The translations under genes were made by a program, and so were the position numbers. Positions 8,128 to 18,312 of a stretch of 64,000 bases of DNA are shown here, piece after piece. The stretch is from an uncultured Candidatus Cloacimonadota bacterium (lineage in GTDB: Bacteria > Cloacimonadota > Cloacimonadia > Cloacimonadales > Cloacimonadaceae), in assembly GCA_964454815.1 (NCBI GenBank), contig CAYVXJ010000009.1, positions 29,775 through 93,774 of the forward strand, given 5' to 3'. The notes under the pieces are model-generated. The model did no database searches. It saw nothing but the letters and a program-made list of their open reading frames with translations, and was not told where the DNA came from. Position 1 is the first letter of the stretch; the number at the start of each line of letters is the position of its first letter.

Positions 8128-11100
8128 ATGTTTAATGAAAAGATAATCCTGGAACGGATCAAGCGGCTCATCCAGCGAACCGGACAGGAGATATACCTCA
8201 AAGGGGAGAAGGCGACTTGCGTGTATAGCTATGATCCGCAGCCGATCCCCTATGAGAAAGTGAGTGAACTGGAGTATCGTCCCATTCAGGTTGGCGAGAT
8301 CTGGGGACAAGCCTGGGGTAGCGCCTGGTTCAAGATCTCCGGTAAGCTCTCGGCTGTCCCAGTGGGTTTACAAGCAGGGCTTTGGCTGGATTTTGACGGT
8401 GAAGCCTGCGTCTGGAAGGATGGCTCCCCCTGGCAGGGCTTGACCAATAAGGTGGATTGGTATCACAATGCATCGAAGTTCTTTGTTCCGCTTTCCGAAA
8501 ACGAAGGAGAGAGCTTTGAGCTCTTGGTCGAGGTCGCTGCAAATGGTCTCTTTGGCAGCGGGAAAGAGGACTATCGGCTGTGTGAGGCATGCATCTGCTT
8601 CTTTGATCCGGAGCTCTTTGGCACTTTCCTCGAGCTTGAGCTGCTCTTTAACCTCGCTGAAAGCCTCGATAAGGGCTGCACGCGGTATAAGAGACTGGTG
8701 CATGGGCTAAACGAGGTCTGTAACCTGTGGAACACTGATCGGGAAGGCGTCGCTGCCATACTAAAGGAGCTGTCTTCTCACAAGGCGAATTCCAGCGCTC
8801 TGACGGCCTACAGCGTTGGGCATGCGCATCTCGATCTGGCTTGGCTCTGGCCCTTACGTGAGTCCATCCGCAAAGGCGGTAGGACGTTCTCCAATGCCCT
8901 GCGCTATCTGGAAAAGTATCCGGACTATATCTTCGGGGCTTCGCAGGCTCAGCTATATCAATGGATCAAAGTGCACTATCCCGCTCTCTACAGCGAGGTC
9001 AAGGCAGCGATCAAGACCGGGAAATGGGAAGTTCAGGGAGCATCCTGGGTAGAGTTTGATACCAATATGCCCTCCGGGGAATCCTTGGTACGCCAGTTCA
9101 TGTATGGTAAGAGGTTTTTCCGGGATGAGTTCGGGATCGAGCCGGACACACTCTGGCTGCCGGATTGCTTCGGGTTCAATGCAAACCTGCCGCAGATCAT
9201 GCAGGGATGCGAGGTCAGGCACTTTATGACCCAGAAGCTGAGTTGGAACGAGACGAATACCTTTCCGCATCATCTCTTTATCTGGGAGGGTATCGACGGG
9301 AGCAGGATACGCTCGCATCAGCTACCCACGAATGACTATAACTTCTCCAATAACCCCTCCTCCATGCTGGAGACGGAGAAACGCTTTGCCCAGGGACACA
9401 TCGCGGATAGCTTCCTCAATCTCTATGGGATCGGGGATGGTGGCGGAGGTCCGACCGCGCATCATGTCGAGTATGGACTTTTGATGCAGGACATCGAGGG
9501 ACTGCCAAAGTTCCGCTTCGCCCCCTCCACAGCTTTCTTTGACCATATCAGCTCTATCCCGGAGCCTCAGCTACCGGTCATGTATGGCGAGCTGTATCTG
9601 GAGTTTCACCGGGGAACATATACGACGCAAGCGCTGATGAAGAAGAACAATAGAGCCAATGAGCGTCTCCTTGCCTTTGCCGAACTGACTGCTGTCCTCA
9701 GCGGTGTCGAGTATCCTGCGACATTACGCGGAACCTGGGAGAAGCTCTTGCTCCTGCAATTCCACGATATCCTGCCCGGTTCGTCGATCAAACCCGTCTA
9801 TGAGGATGCAGCGCGCATCTCGAATGAGATCGCTGATGACTGCTTGCACACTATCCACAGCCTTCTCTCACCAGATGTTAAGCAGGGAACTACGGCTGAT
9901 GACAAACGCTGGTACATGGTGATCAGCCGTTCAAATCGGGAGACCAAACAGTGGGTGGAGCTGCCCTTTGCCGACGGATATCTGACTCCATGCGACGCTC
10001 AGGGGAACGTTCTCCCGCATTATCACAGCGATAAGCTGATGGTCTGGATGGAGCTTCCTCCGCTGAGTATGAGTTCGCTGTACCTTATAAAAGGGACGAG
10101 TTTGGCACCTGCAAAGCAAGATACCGACCTCAGTCTGGAGAATGCGCATATCCGCGTCCTACTCTCCGAAAGGGGAAGCATCCTCAGCATCTGGGACAAA
10201 GAGACAAATCGCGAAGTCCTCAAGGAAGAATCCAACCTGCTCAAGCTTTGGGAGGATGAGCCGAATAACTGGGGAGCCTGGGATATCAATCACTATTATC
10301 GGGAGACTAAGCCCTCCCTGCCGAAGAGCGTCAGTCTTTGCCCGGAAGAGTGTTTCACGACCGAGAAGCTCAAACGGATGGTCTTTGCCATCGCAATTGG
10401 TGAGTCTCAGATAAAGCAAACCGTGGAACTCTGGGATGACAAGCTCATCCGCATCAAGCACAGTGTGGACTGGAAGGAACATCACAAGATGCTCCGGGTG
10501 CATTTCCTCCCCGATATATATGCCAATGAGGCGACGTATGAGATCCAGTTTGGCGTCATCAAGCGAACGACGAAACCGCGTAACCAGTGGGAATTAGCCC
10601 AGTTCGAGGTTCCCGCTCATCGCTTTGCCGATCTCTCTGAAGCCGGCTATGGAACGGCTTTGATCAATGACTCCAAGTATGGCTATCGCATCCGCGATAA
10701 CGAGATGGAGCTTTCTCTCCTTCGCAGCCCGGCTGACGTCGATCCTGATGCCGATATCCACCATCATGAATACAGCTATGCCTTCTACCCGCATGTAGGA
10801 TGCTATGAAGATAGTGACGTCCTGCACGTTGCGCATGAATTTAACGACAAAGCGGAGATTATAGCCATTCCGGAAGAGCCTCTCATCCCTGCTATAGCGA
10901 TTCCATTCATACCCTGCTCGCATATCAAGCTGGATACGATCAAACCGGCTGAGGACGGCAAGGGTATCATTTACCGGCTGTATGAATTCTGCGGGAAATC
11001 CGGGATGCTCGAGCTTGAGCTGCCTTTCGGATATACCAAAGCTTCCCTGTGCAATATGGTCGAACATGGGAAGGAAGATCCGGAAGTCCAAGCCTCAAAG

Positions 11101-11154
11101 CTAACGCTGCATTTCCGCCCCTTTGAGATAGTCACAGTCAGGATAGAGCCATGA
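8128..11154 (+). CDS. GH38 alpha-mannosidase
   Basis: GHAHLDLAWLWP motif, WLPDCFGF, the about 1000-aa length, and a FHRGTYT-type central region typical of bacterial GH38. AGGAG RBS. Confidence 0.85.
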   Translation: MFNEKIILERIKRLIQRTGQEIYLKGEKATCVYSYDPQPIPYEKVSELEYRPIQVGEIWGQAWGSAWFKISGKLSAVPVGLQAGLWLDFDGEACVWKDGSPWQGLTNKVDWYHNASKFFVPLSENEGESFELLVEVAANGLFGSGKEDYRLCEACICFFDPELFGTFLELELLFNLAESLDKGCTRYKRLVHGLNEVCNLWNTDREGVAAILKELSSHKANSSALTAYSVGHAHLDLAWLWPLRESIRKGGRTFSNALRYLEKYPDYIFGASQAQLYQWIKVHYPALYSEVKAAIKTGKWEVQGASWVEFDTNMPSGESLVRQFMYGKRFFRDEFGIEPDTLWLPDCFGFNANLPQIMQGCEVRHFMTQKLSWNETNTFPHHLFIWEGIDGSRIRSHQLPTNDYNFSNNPSSMLETEKRFAQGHIADSFLNLYGIGDGGGGPTAHHVEYGLLMQDIEGLPKFRFAPSTAFFDHISSIPEPQLPVMYGELYLEFHRGTYTTQALMKKNNRANERLLAFAELTAVLSGVEYPATLRGTWEKLLLLQFHDILPGSSIKPVYEDAARISNEIADDCLHTIHSLLSPDVKQGTTADDKRWYMVISRSNRETKQWVELPFADGYLTPCDAQGNVLPHYHSDKLMVWMELPPLSMSSLYLIKGTSLAPAKQDTDLSLENAHIRVLLSERGSILSIWDKETNREVLKEESNLLKLWEDEPNNWGAWDINHYYRETKPSLPKSVSLCPEECFTTEKLKRMVFAIAIGESQIKQTVELWDDKLIRIKHSVDWKEHHKMLRVHFLPDIYANEATYEIQFGVIKRTTKPRNQWELAQFEVPAHRFADLSEAGYGTALINDSKYGYRIRDNEMELSLLRSPADVDPDADIHHHEYSYAFYPHVGCYEDSDVLHVAHEFNDKAEIIAIPEEPLIPAIAIPFIPCSHIKLDTIKPAEDGKGIIYRLYEFCGKSGMLELELPFGYTKASLCNMVEHGKEDPEVQASKLTLHFRPFEIVTVRIEP

Positions 11155-12596
11155 TACCCGCACCCAAGGAGACTATCCTCTCCGGGGGAGAACTTAAACT
11201 CACACAAGAGATAAGGCTCGATATCCCCGGCAGTATCTCAAGCGGAACCGCAGAACTGATCACGCAGGACTTTTTCTCTTGGTATGAGGCGCAAACTCAG
11301 CACCTGACAAAGACGGATCAGGCAATCTCCCTCAGCTTGCATAAGTTCCCCGCTCTCCCGGCAGTATCACCGGAGATGTACGCTATCGTTATCTCTGATA
11401 AGGGAATAACCATCTCCGCTTCTTCAGAACCAGGCTTTGTTTATGGAATTGCCAGCCTCAGACAGATGGTATATATCGCCATCAAGACAGGAACCGGGAT
11501 CCCCTGTGGCAGGATCATCGACGAGCCAAAGTACAAATGGCGTGGTCTGCATCTGGATGTCAGCCGTCACTTCTTTACCGTTGACTTTATCAAGCAATAC
11601 CTATGCTGGATGAGTGAACTCAAGCTCAATCGCTTTCACTGGCATCTGACAGATGACCAAGGCTGGCGGATCGAGATACTCCGGTACCCGCTCCTGACGG
11701 AAAAAGGTGCCTGGCGTACCGAGCCTGACGGATCTCTCTACGGAGGATTCTATACCCAGTCAGAGATAAGAGAGGTCGTCGAATATGCCCTGCAACGCGG
11801 GATCACTATCGTCCCGGAGATAGACATCCCCGGGCATAGTATGGCTCTTCTCTCCGCCTATCCGGAGCTTGCTTGCTTCCCGGCTAACTTCGAGCCTATC
11901 AACTATTGGGGTATTACCGATGATGTCCTCTGCCCCGGTAATCCGCACACGCTATCCATGCTCAAAGACATCTTTGCTGAGATAGCATCCCTCTTCCCCG
12001 GAGAATACATCCATATAGGAGGAGACGAGGTTCCGACTACCCGCTGGGAAAGCTGCCCCAAGTGCCAGGCTGTGATGAAACAAAACAAGCTCATGTCTGA
12101 GAGAGAGCTCCAGAGCCTATTGCTCCGGGAACTCAGAGACTATTTAAGCAGCCTGGGGAAGCAAGTCATAGGTTGGGACGAGATCCTCGAGGGGGATATA
12201 TCCCCGGATACAGTAGTGATGGTATGGCAAGGAGACGGTAAAGACGCTACCCACAAGGCACTGGAGACTAAGAACCGCGTCGTCCTCTGCCCCAATCACT
12301 ACCTCTATTTTGACTGGAAGCCCAGCTCTGCTCCGGATGAGAAAGGCGCCTTCGGAGTGACAGATATTGAGAAGGTCTATTCTCTTTCTCCAGCTTCTTA
12401 TGATGCGCAAAGAACCGGGCTGATCCTCGGCGGTCAAGCCAATCTCTGGACAGAGAGAATGCAAAGCCCCGATGACGTGAAGTACATGCTCTTCCCTCGC
12501 GCCTACGCTCTTGCTGAGATATTCTGGAGTTCATCTGACAACAGAGACTTCGGTGATTTTAGCAGACGTCTTGAAGAACTGGACGGATATCTATGA
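11151..12596 (+). CDS. GH20 beta-N-acetylhexosaminidase
   Basis: RGLHLDVSRHF, HWHLTDDQGWR and HIGGDE catalytic-region motifs. ATGA overlap with GH38. Confidence 0.85.
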   Translation: MIPAPKETILSGGELKLTQEIRLDIPGSISSGTAELITQDFFSWYEAQTQHLTKTDQAISLSLHKFPALPAVSPEMYAIVISDKGITISASSEPGFVYGIASLRQMVYIAIKTGTGIPCGRIIDEPKYKWRGLHLDVSRHFFTVDFIKQYLCWMSELKLNRFHWHLTDDQGWRIEILRYPLLTEKGAWRTEPDGSLYGGFYTQSEIREVVEYALQRGITIVPEIDIPGHSMALLSAYPELACFPANFEPINYWGITDDVLCPGNPHTLSMLKDIFAEIASLFPGEYIHIGGDEVPTTRWESCPKCQAVMKQNKLMSERELQSLLLRELRDYLSSLGKQVIGWDEILEGDISPDTVVMVWQGDGKDATHKALETKNRVVLCPNHYLYFDWKPSSAPDEKGAFGVTDIEKVYSLSPASYDAQRTGLILGGQANLWTERMQSPDDVKYMLFPRAYALAEIFWSSSDNRDFGDFSRRLEELDGYL

Positions 12597-13552
12597 TCAG
12601 ACACGCATCAAACCCCATCATCACCCGAAAGGACATAGTCAGCACTCATCCATCGCTAAAGGATGTAAGTTCCGTATTCAACCCAGGCGGGATAATGCTA
12701 AATGAACGTATAGTTCTCCTGCTCAGGGTGCAGAACCGAGCCCGTGAGACACTTATCCTTCGGGCAGAATCAACAGACGGTATCCGCTTCGATATTGACG
12801 CCGACCCGGTCAAGATAACGGGGCTGGAGCAATATCCCGGCGTTATCTACCATATCTACGACCCACGTGTGACGCTGCTCAATGGCGAGATCCACGTGCT
12901 GACGGCTGTCGATACGGATAGCGGGTGCTATTGCGCGCACTTCCTCACCGATGATATGAGAGAGCTAAAGCTGATCACTTTTGACACGACCACGCAGATG
13001 CGGAATGCGGTTCTCTTCCCGGAGAAGATCAACGGGATGTATCACCGCTTTGAACGCTACAACAGCTTCACCGGGAGTGATGGGGTCAGCACCGGGAAGT
13101 CCATCACCCATAGCACTTCCGCAGACCTCAGAATATGGAATTCTACGACCGAAGTCCTCAAAGGCAACCCACACTATTGGGATGAACTCATCGGTTCCGG
13201 TCCACCGCCCCTGAAGACCCAGTTTGGCTGGCTACACATCTATCATGGCGTTGCAACCCACTTTGGCTCTGCCAATATCTATCAGGCAGGGATCAGCCTG
13301 CATGACCTTTCCGACCCGTCTATAGTGCTCAAACGGGGTAAATACAACATCCTCGAACCCAGAGAGCTTTACGAACTGACAGGACAAGTCCCGAACGTCG
13401 TCTTCCCGTCCGCTGCAGTACCTCTGAGCATCAGAGATGATGGCACAGTCGCGGAGGATACTGATATCTACGTTTACTATGGTGCTGCTGATACGTCGGT
13501 AGCCCTTGCAGTCACCAACGTCAAAACCCTGATGGAGCATCTTTATGCGTAA
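12593..13552 (+). CDS. GH130 family beta-mannoside phosphorylase/mannosidase
   Basis: N-terminal NPIITRKDI...VFNPGG and the about 320-aa size are typical of GH130. ATGA overlap with GH20. I cannot decide between phosphorylase and hydrolase by eye. Confidence 0.7.
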   Translation: MIRHASNPIITRKDIVSTHPSLKDVSSVFNPGGIMLNERIVLLLRVQNRARETLILRAESTDGIRFDIDADPVKITGLEQYPGVIYHIYDPRVTLLNGEIHVLTAVDTDSGCYCAHFLTDDMRELKLITFDTTTQMRNAVLFPEKINGMYHRFERYNSFTGSDGVSTGKSITHSTSADLRIWNSTTEVLKGNPHYWDELIGSGPPPLKTQFGWLHIYHGVATHFGSANIYQAGISLHDLSDPSIVLKRGKYNILEPRELYELTGQVPNVVFPSAAVPLSIRDDGTVAEDTDIYVYYGAADTSVALAVTNVKTLMEHLYA

Positions 13553-14603
13553 ACTCCTATTTCTGATCCTGTTATGCCTATCACTGCCTCTGCTGGCAGA
13601 GACCTTCCCTGTTCCAAACCTGCCCTATGCCCCACTCTCCTATATCTGCCAAAAGACCGATCAAGCGATCAGCATTGACGGTCTCGCCGATGAACCGGAC
13701 TGGGAAAAAGCAGCTTGGACAAGCGACTTCGTAGATATCGAAGGCTCAAACAAGCCCCTCCCCTATCTCCAAACCCGGGTGAAGCTCCTGAATAGCGACA
13801 AGGGACTCTATATCTTCGCGGACTTACGCGAACCGCATATCTGGGCAAAACTCACCAATCGGGATGACGTAGTCTTCTTTGACAACGACTTTGAGGTCTT
13901 CCTTGATCCCAACGGCGATACTCACGAGTACTACGAGTGGGAGATCAACGCCTATGGGACTCTCTGGGATCTCTTTATTCTGCGTCCCTATCGCGATGAC
14001 CACCGCTCCCTGAACGGATACGATACCCGTGGGATACAGACAGCGATACATTTAAACGGAACGCTGAACGACCCCTCGGATGTAGATACAGGCTGGACGG
14101 TCGAGATGTTCATTCCCTTCGATGCGATCAGCGAAATGGCGCATATGCCTATCCCTCCAAAGGTGGGAGACGTCTGGCGTTTGAATTTCTCCCGCGTGGA
14201 ATGGGAAACTCAATATGACACGGGATCCTACGTCAAGATCCCCGGTGCGCCTGAATCCAACTGGGTTTGGAGCCCACAAGGTTTGATCGCTATGCACTAT
14301 CCCGAACGCTGGGGCTTCTTAGTCTTCTCAGACAGTGCTGATCCTCAGAAGGCAATTGACCCAAGCTCCGGCGCTTATGCGATAGATAACTACCTACGCG
14401 AGCTTTACTATCGCCAAAAGCAGTTCTACATGGATAACCAATACTATGCGCCCAAGCTCAAAGTCCTGGACAGACAGCTGGCAAAGTCTGAACATACCAA
14501 GCATATCAAGATCGAAACGACATCCGTCTCGTATGTCATCACCTATCAGAATCCCAAAACCGGGATCACCAGACACATCCGGGAAGACGGCTTAGCCTGG
14601 TGA
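13545..14603 (+). CDS. Secreted CBM9-like carbohydrate-binding domain protein
   Basis: Signal peptide MRKLLFLILLCLSLPLLA. The IDGLADEPDWEKAAWTSDF motif resembles CBM family 9-like domains. 8-nt overlap with the upstream gene. Confidence 0.5.
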   Translation: MRKLLFLILLCLSLPLLAETFPVPNLPYAPLSYICQKTDQAISIDGLADEPDWEKAAWTSDFVDIEGSNKPLPYLQTRVKLLNSDKGLYIFADLREPHIWAKLTNRDDVVFFDNDFEVFLDPNGDTHEYYEWEINAYGTLWDLFILRPYRDDHRSLNGYDTRGIQTAIHLNGTLNDPSDVDTGWTVEMFIPFDAISEMAHMPIPPKVGDVWRLNFSRVEWETQYDTGSYVKIPGAPESNWVWSPQGLIAMHYPERWGFLVFSDSADPQKAIDPSSGAYAIDNYLRELYYRQKQFYMDNQYYAPKLKVLDRQLAKSEHTKHIKIETTSVSYVITYQNPKTGITRHIREDGLAW

Positions 14604-14675
14604 ACCGAATAATCGTTGACAGGATTACCCCTGAGGTTTTCCGGGATATAACAATAAATACAAAGGACTATAGCC

Positions 14676-15866
14676 ATGTATAGAGAAGCATATCATTTCC
14701 CCATAGAGCGTTACATCAGTGACGATAACTTCAAGCTATTTCGAGAGTATGTAAAAGACTTAGAGACCCCTGTATTGCTCATAGATGTCGATAAGATCCG
14801 GAGAAAGTATCGCGATCTCGCAGAAAACTTCCCTATGGCGAGTATATACTATGCCGTAAAGGCAAACCCCAGAGACGAGGTCATTGATATGTTAGCTCAG
14901 GAAGGATCGTGCTTTGATATCGCTTCCCGCTACGAGCTCGACCAGATGATCCGTCACAACATCAGCCCGGACAGGCTTTCCTATGGCAATACGATCAAGA
15001 AACGCAGTGATATTGAGTATTTCTATTCCAAAGGCGTCCGCATGTTTGCGACCGACTCCGAGAACGACCTTAAAAACATCGCCGAGCTTGCTCCCGGTTC
15101 TCGAATCCTCTTTCGTATCCTGACCGAGGGAACAGGCGCAGACTGGCCTCTTTCCCGCAAGTTCGGTTCGCACTCAGACGTGATCTACTACCTCATTCTG
15201 CAAGCCAAAGAGCTGGGACTGATCCCTTGGGGTGTCTCATTTCACGTAGGCTCTCAACAGCGCGATATCGGCCAGTGGGATGATGCGATAGCCCGTTGCA
15301 AATACCTCTTTGACGCTGCTATGGAAGAGGGGATCGAGCTTCAGATGATCAATCTTGGGGGTGGATTCCCCGCGAGCTACGTCGATCCGACCTATGACCT
15401 CGAAGAATATGCCTCCGAAATACTCCGGTTCATCAGCGAAGACTTTGGTGAGAACATCCCGCAGCTCATCCTCGAGCCCGGACGTTCGCTCGTCGCGGAT
15501 GCCGGAGTCATTGTCTCCGAGATCATCAATATCTCCCGCAAGTCAAAAAACAACCTCTACCTGTGGGTCTATCTCGATATCGGCAAGTTCGGCGGTATGA
15601 TCGAGACTATCGACGAATCGATCAAATTCCCTATCTGCTTTGACAAAGACGGACTGGCGGAGGAGATAATCCTCGCCGGACCTACCTGCGACTCTATGGA
15701 CATACTCTACGAGCATTACAAATACCATATGCCGGAAACCTGTTTCCCCGGGGAGAAGGTCTTCATCTTCACGACCGGAGCTTATACCCAAAGCTATAGT
15801 TCGGTGAACTTTAACGGTTTCCCACCTCTCAGGGTCGAGATGCTTCCTCCTGAGATCCATCTTTAG
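14676..15866 (+). CDS. PLP-dependent ornithine/lysine decarboxylase (alanine-racemase fold, group IV)
   Basis: YAVKANP (PLP lysine), FHVGSQ, INLGGGFP, EPGRSLVADAG and GPTCDSMD motifs. The 396-aa size matches small bacterial ODC/LDC enzymes. Confidence 0.8.
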   Translation: MYREAYHFPIERYISDDNFKLFREYVKDLETPVLLIDVDKIRRKYRDLAENFPMASIYYAVKANPRDEVIDMLAQEGSCFDIASRYELDQMIRHNISPDRLSYGNTIKKRSDIEYFYSKGVRMFATDSENDLKNIAELAPGSRILFRILTEGTGADWPLSRKFGSHSDVIYYLILQAKELGLIPWGVSFHVGSQQRDIGQWDDAIARCKYLFDAAMEEGIELQMINLGGGFPASYVDPTYDLEEYASEILRFISEDFGENIPQLILEPGRSLVADAGVIVSEIINISRKSKNNLYLWVYLDIGKFGGMIETIDESIKFPICFDKDGLAEEIILAGPTCDSMDILYEHYKYHMPETCFPGEKVFIFTTGAYTQSYSSVNFNGFPPLRVEMLPPEIHL

Positions 15867-15878
15867 TATTAAGGAGCT

Positions 15879-16970
15879 ATGATGTACTACTTGCCCGTTG
15901 ACCTGCTCAAGCAGTTTATGATCGAAGTCTTCACGCATATCGGTGTCCCACATGAGGATGCCGTGATCTGTTCCGATGTCCTCATCGCCTCTGACCTCAA
16001 AGGGATAGAGTCTCACGGCATCGGCAGGCTAAAGATGTATTACGACAGGATCAAGCTGGGGATCCAAAACCCCGTCACAGAGATCTCGGTCATCAAAGAC
16101 CGCTATGCAACCGCCGTCTGGGACGGAAACCACGGCATGGGTCACGTAATCGGGCACAGAGCCATGCAGGAAGCCATCGACAAAGCCTCACGCTATGGCA
16201 TGGGCAGTGTCGCTGTCCGCAATTCCACACATTACGGGATCTGCGGATACTACGCGGAAATGGCGACCAAGCAAAACATGATAGGCATGACCTTCACGAA
16301 CGCTCGCCCCTCGATCTGCCCCACTCACGGGACGGATCCTCTCCTGGGCACCAATCCCATCTGTTTCGGTGCTCCCTCCGATCTGCCCTTCCCCTTTATC
16401 TACGATGCTGCGACGTCCATCTCCCAACGTGGGAAGATCGAACAACTGGATAGAGAGGAAAAGCCCACTCCCGCAGGCTGGGCGATCAATGCCCAAGGCG
16501 AGGCGTGCACAGAGACAAAACAACTCCTCAAAGACCTCGTCTCCCAGACCGCAGCGATGCTTCCCATCGGCGGGATGGATGAGCTGACCGGCAGTCACAA
16601 AGGCTATGGACTGGCGACGATGGTAGAGATACTCTCTGCTGCCCTGCAAGATGGCTTTTATACCAATGACCTCCTCGGCGTCGATGCCGAGGGTAAGCCA
16701 ACACAGTACAAACTCGGACACTTCTTCCTGGCGATGAACATCGATTTCTTTACCGAAATAGACAGGTTCAAGACAATTGTTGGTGATATCTCCCGTCAAT
16801 TGCAGAGCTCTCACAAGCTTCCCGGTCGCGACCGCATCTGGGTAGCGGGTGAAAAGGAATATGAGAACGAGCAGCGCGTGCGCGCGAATGGAGTTCCGGT
16901 CGTCCCCAATCTCCGGAAGAATATCGAGTTTCTGCAATCCGAACTGGGCATAGACCTGATCAAGTTTTGA
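15879..16970 (+). CDS. Ldh_2 family (malate/L-lactate/sulfolactate dehydrogenase-like) oxidoreductase
   Basis: N-terminal region ...GIESHGIGRLKMYYDRIK... and NSTHYG are typical of the Ldh_2 family. AAGGAG RBS. Confidence 0.7.
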   Translation: MMYYLPVDLLKQFMIEVFTHIGVPHEDAVICSDVLIASDLKGIESHGIGRLKMYYDRIKLGIQNPVTEISVIKDRYATAVWDGNHGMGHVIGHRAMQEAIDKASRYGMGSVAVRNSTHYGICGYYAEMATKQNMIGMTFTNARPSICPTHGTDPLLGTNPICFGAPSDLPFPFIYDAATSISQRGKIEQLDREEKPTPAGWAINAQGEACTETKQLLKDLVSQTAAMLPIGGMDELTGSHKGYGLATMVEILSAALQDGFYTNDLLGVDAEGKPTQYKLGHFFLAMNIDFFTEIDRFKTIVGDISRQLQSSHKLPGRDRIWVAGEKEYENEQRVRANGVPVVPNLRKNIEFLQSELGIDLIKF

Positions 16971-17038
16971 TTTTGCTTGCATCAGCCTGAGTTTGCGGTA
17001 TATTGTCGATATTAAACAACACCATAAAGGAGAATGTA

Positions 17039-18166
17039 ATGAAAAAACTTGTTGTTTTGGTATTACCCCTGTTGCTGGCTATAACCCTCAATGCCGTTGA
17101 TTTCGGCATTGGTGGTGAGTTCCGCACTCGCGCAGCCATGTACAATGACATGTTCGAGAATAATGGCGGTCATATTGACAATCGTTTATTGCTAAACCTC
17201 ACAGCCAATATTCACCCCTCTCTCAAAGTTATCTACGGCATCGAAGTCGGAGATATCCGTTGGGGTGACGCTCCCTCAGGTGGTCAGCTTGCCACCAACG
17301 GGATCAACGTCGAAACAGACCAGCTCTATCTTGACTATCAGATGAAGTTCATGAATCTGAACCTCAAGCTTGGGCAACAGTATTGGGCGGATCACCGCAG
17401 TCTGGTGATGGATGATACCTTCTCCGGCGTGATGCTCTCGACCGATGACCTCATGGGCTTCAATGCCGAGTTTGGTTATCTCAAAGCCAGCGAGAACGAC
17501 CCTGCAATCAATGACGATCACCATGTCTTCGTCGCTTCTCTTGCTACTCAAAACAGCAATATAGGTATCCAAGCCTTTTACGGCAACGATATGAGAATCG
17601 GCAGAACCGCAAACCTGACCTTCCTCCCCTACATCAATCTCCCCGTTGGTCCTCTGACCTTGGATGCGACCGGTATCCTGGACTATCAGGTCAATAACGA
17701 TGCGGATGAAGCCGTCGGTTATGGCGCAGCCCTCAAAGCTGATATGAAGCTCGGTCCCCTTGCCGTCAATGGCGATATCCTTTACATTGGCGAAAATGGT
17801 CTTACCACCCTCGTTCCTTATTACATGAACGGTCTCTACCTCTTCGGATGGGGACAGTGGCATGACGGCGTGACGGTTGAATTCCCCTATCCCAATGGCG
17901 ATAACGGGATGCTCTCAGCAGTTGCCGGAGCGAGATTCTCCCCCTGCGGAAAAAACGCGCTCTTTGCCCACGCAGGCTACGTCACCACCTTTGCGGACGA
18001 TGATGCAGCTATCGGTCTCGAAGTCAATGCTGGGATGGAATATAACCTCATCCCCGACCTCGCTGATCTCGCCGTATATGGCGCTATCGGCTTGCCCGGA
18101 GATCACCTTGGTGGGAGCACAGAAATGCTCTATCTCCTCGGAAGCACCATCAGAGTCAAATTCTAA
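17039..18166 (+). CDS. Outer-membrane beta-barrel (porin-like) protein
   Basis: AAAGGAG RBS with ATG at 17039. Signal peptide MKKLVVLVLPLLLAITLNA. Alternating beta-strand pattern and a C-terminal ...IRVKF (terminal Phe). Confidence 0.6.
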   Translation: MKKLVVLVLPLLLAITLNAVDFGIGGEFRTRAAMYNDMFENNGGHIDNRLLLNLTANIHPSLKVIYGIEVGDIRWGDAPSGGQLATNGINVETDQLYLDYQMKFMNLNLKLGQQYWADHRSLVMDDTFSGVMLSTDDLMGFNAEFGYLKASENDPAINDDHHVFVASLATQNSNIGIQAFYGNDMRIGRTANLTFLPYINLPVGPLTLDATGILDYQVNNDADEAVGYGAALKADMKLGPLAVNGDILYIGENGLTTLVPYYMNGLYLFGWGQWHDGVTVEFPYPNGDNGMLSAVAGARFSPCGKNALFAHAGYVTTFADDDAAIGLEVNAGMEYNLIPDLADLAVYGAIGLPGDHLGGSTEMLYLLGSTIRVKF

Positions 18167-18186
18167 ACATCATCTTAGCCATACTT

Positions 18187-18215
18187 AGCTCCGGATGTCT
18201 CCGGAGCTTTTTTTA
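18187..18215 (+). terminator. Rho-independent terminator
   Basis: AGCTCCGGA-TGTC-TCCGGAGCT, a 9-bp stem followed by a T7 run, 20 nt after the porin stop. Confidence 0.85.
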
Positions 18216-18312
18216 TTCTCCGGATATCCGGATCTACTGCGCTGCATCTCGCTAATCATCTCCCTTTCATAGAGATCGCCACTCCTCCTCCCCACTCAGG
18301 ATCTGCGGATCA

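Noticed and set aside
16188-16982. Long antisense ORFs opposite well-supported genes: 16188-16982, 5118-5774, 34793-35521, 35624-36481, 48097-48738, 54592-55443, 56712-57332, 57374-57961 and 62031-62717.
   Set aside because: Each lies fully inside a gene with strong family motifs on the other strand. Their translations are low-complexity and Arg/Asp/Gly-rich with no recognisable motifs, RBS or operon logic. They are typical shadow ORFs.
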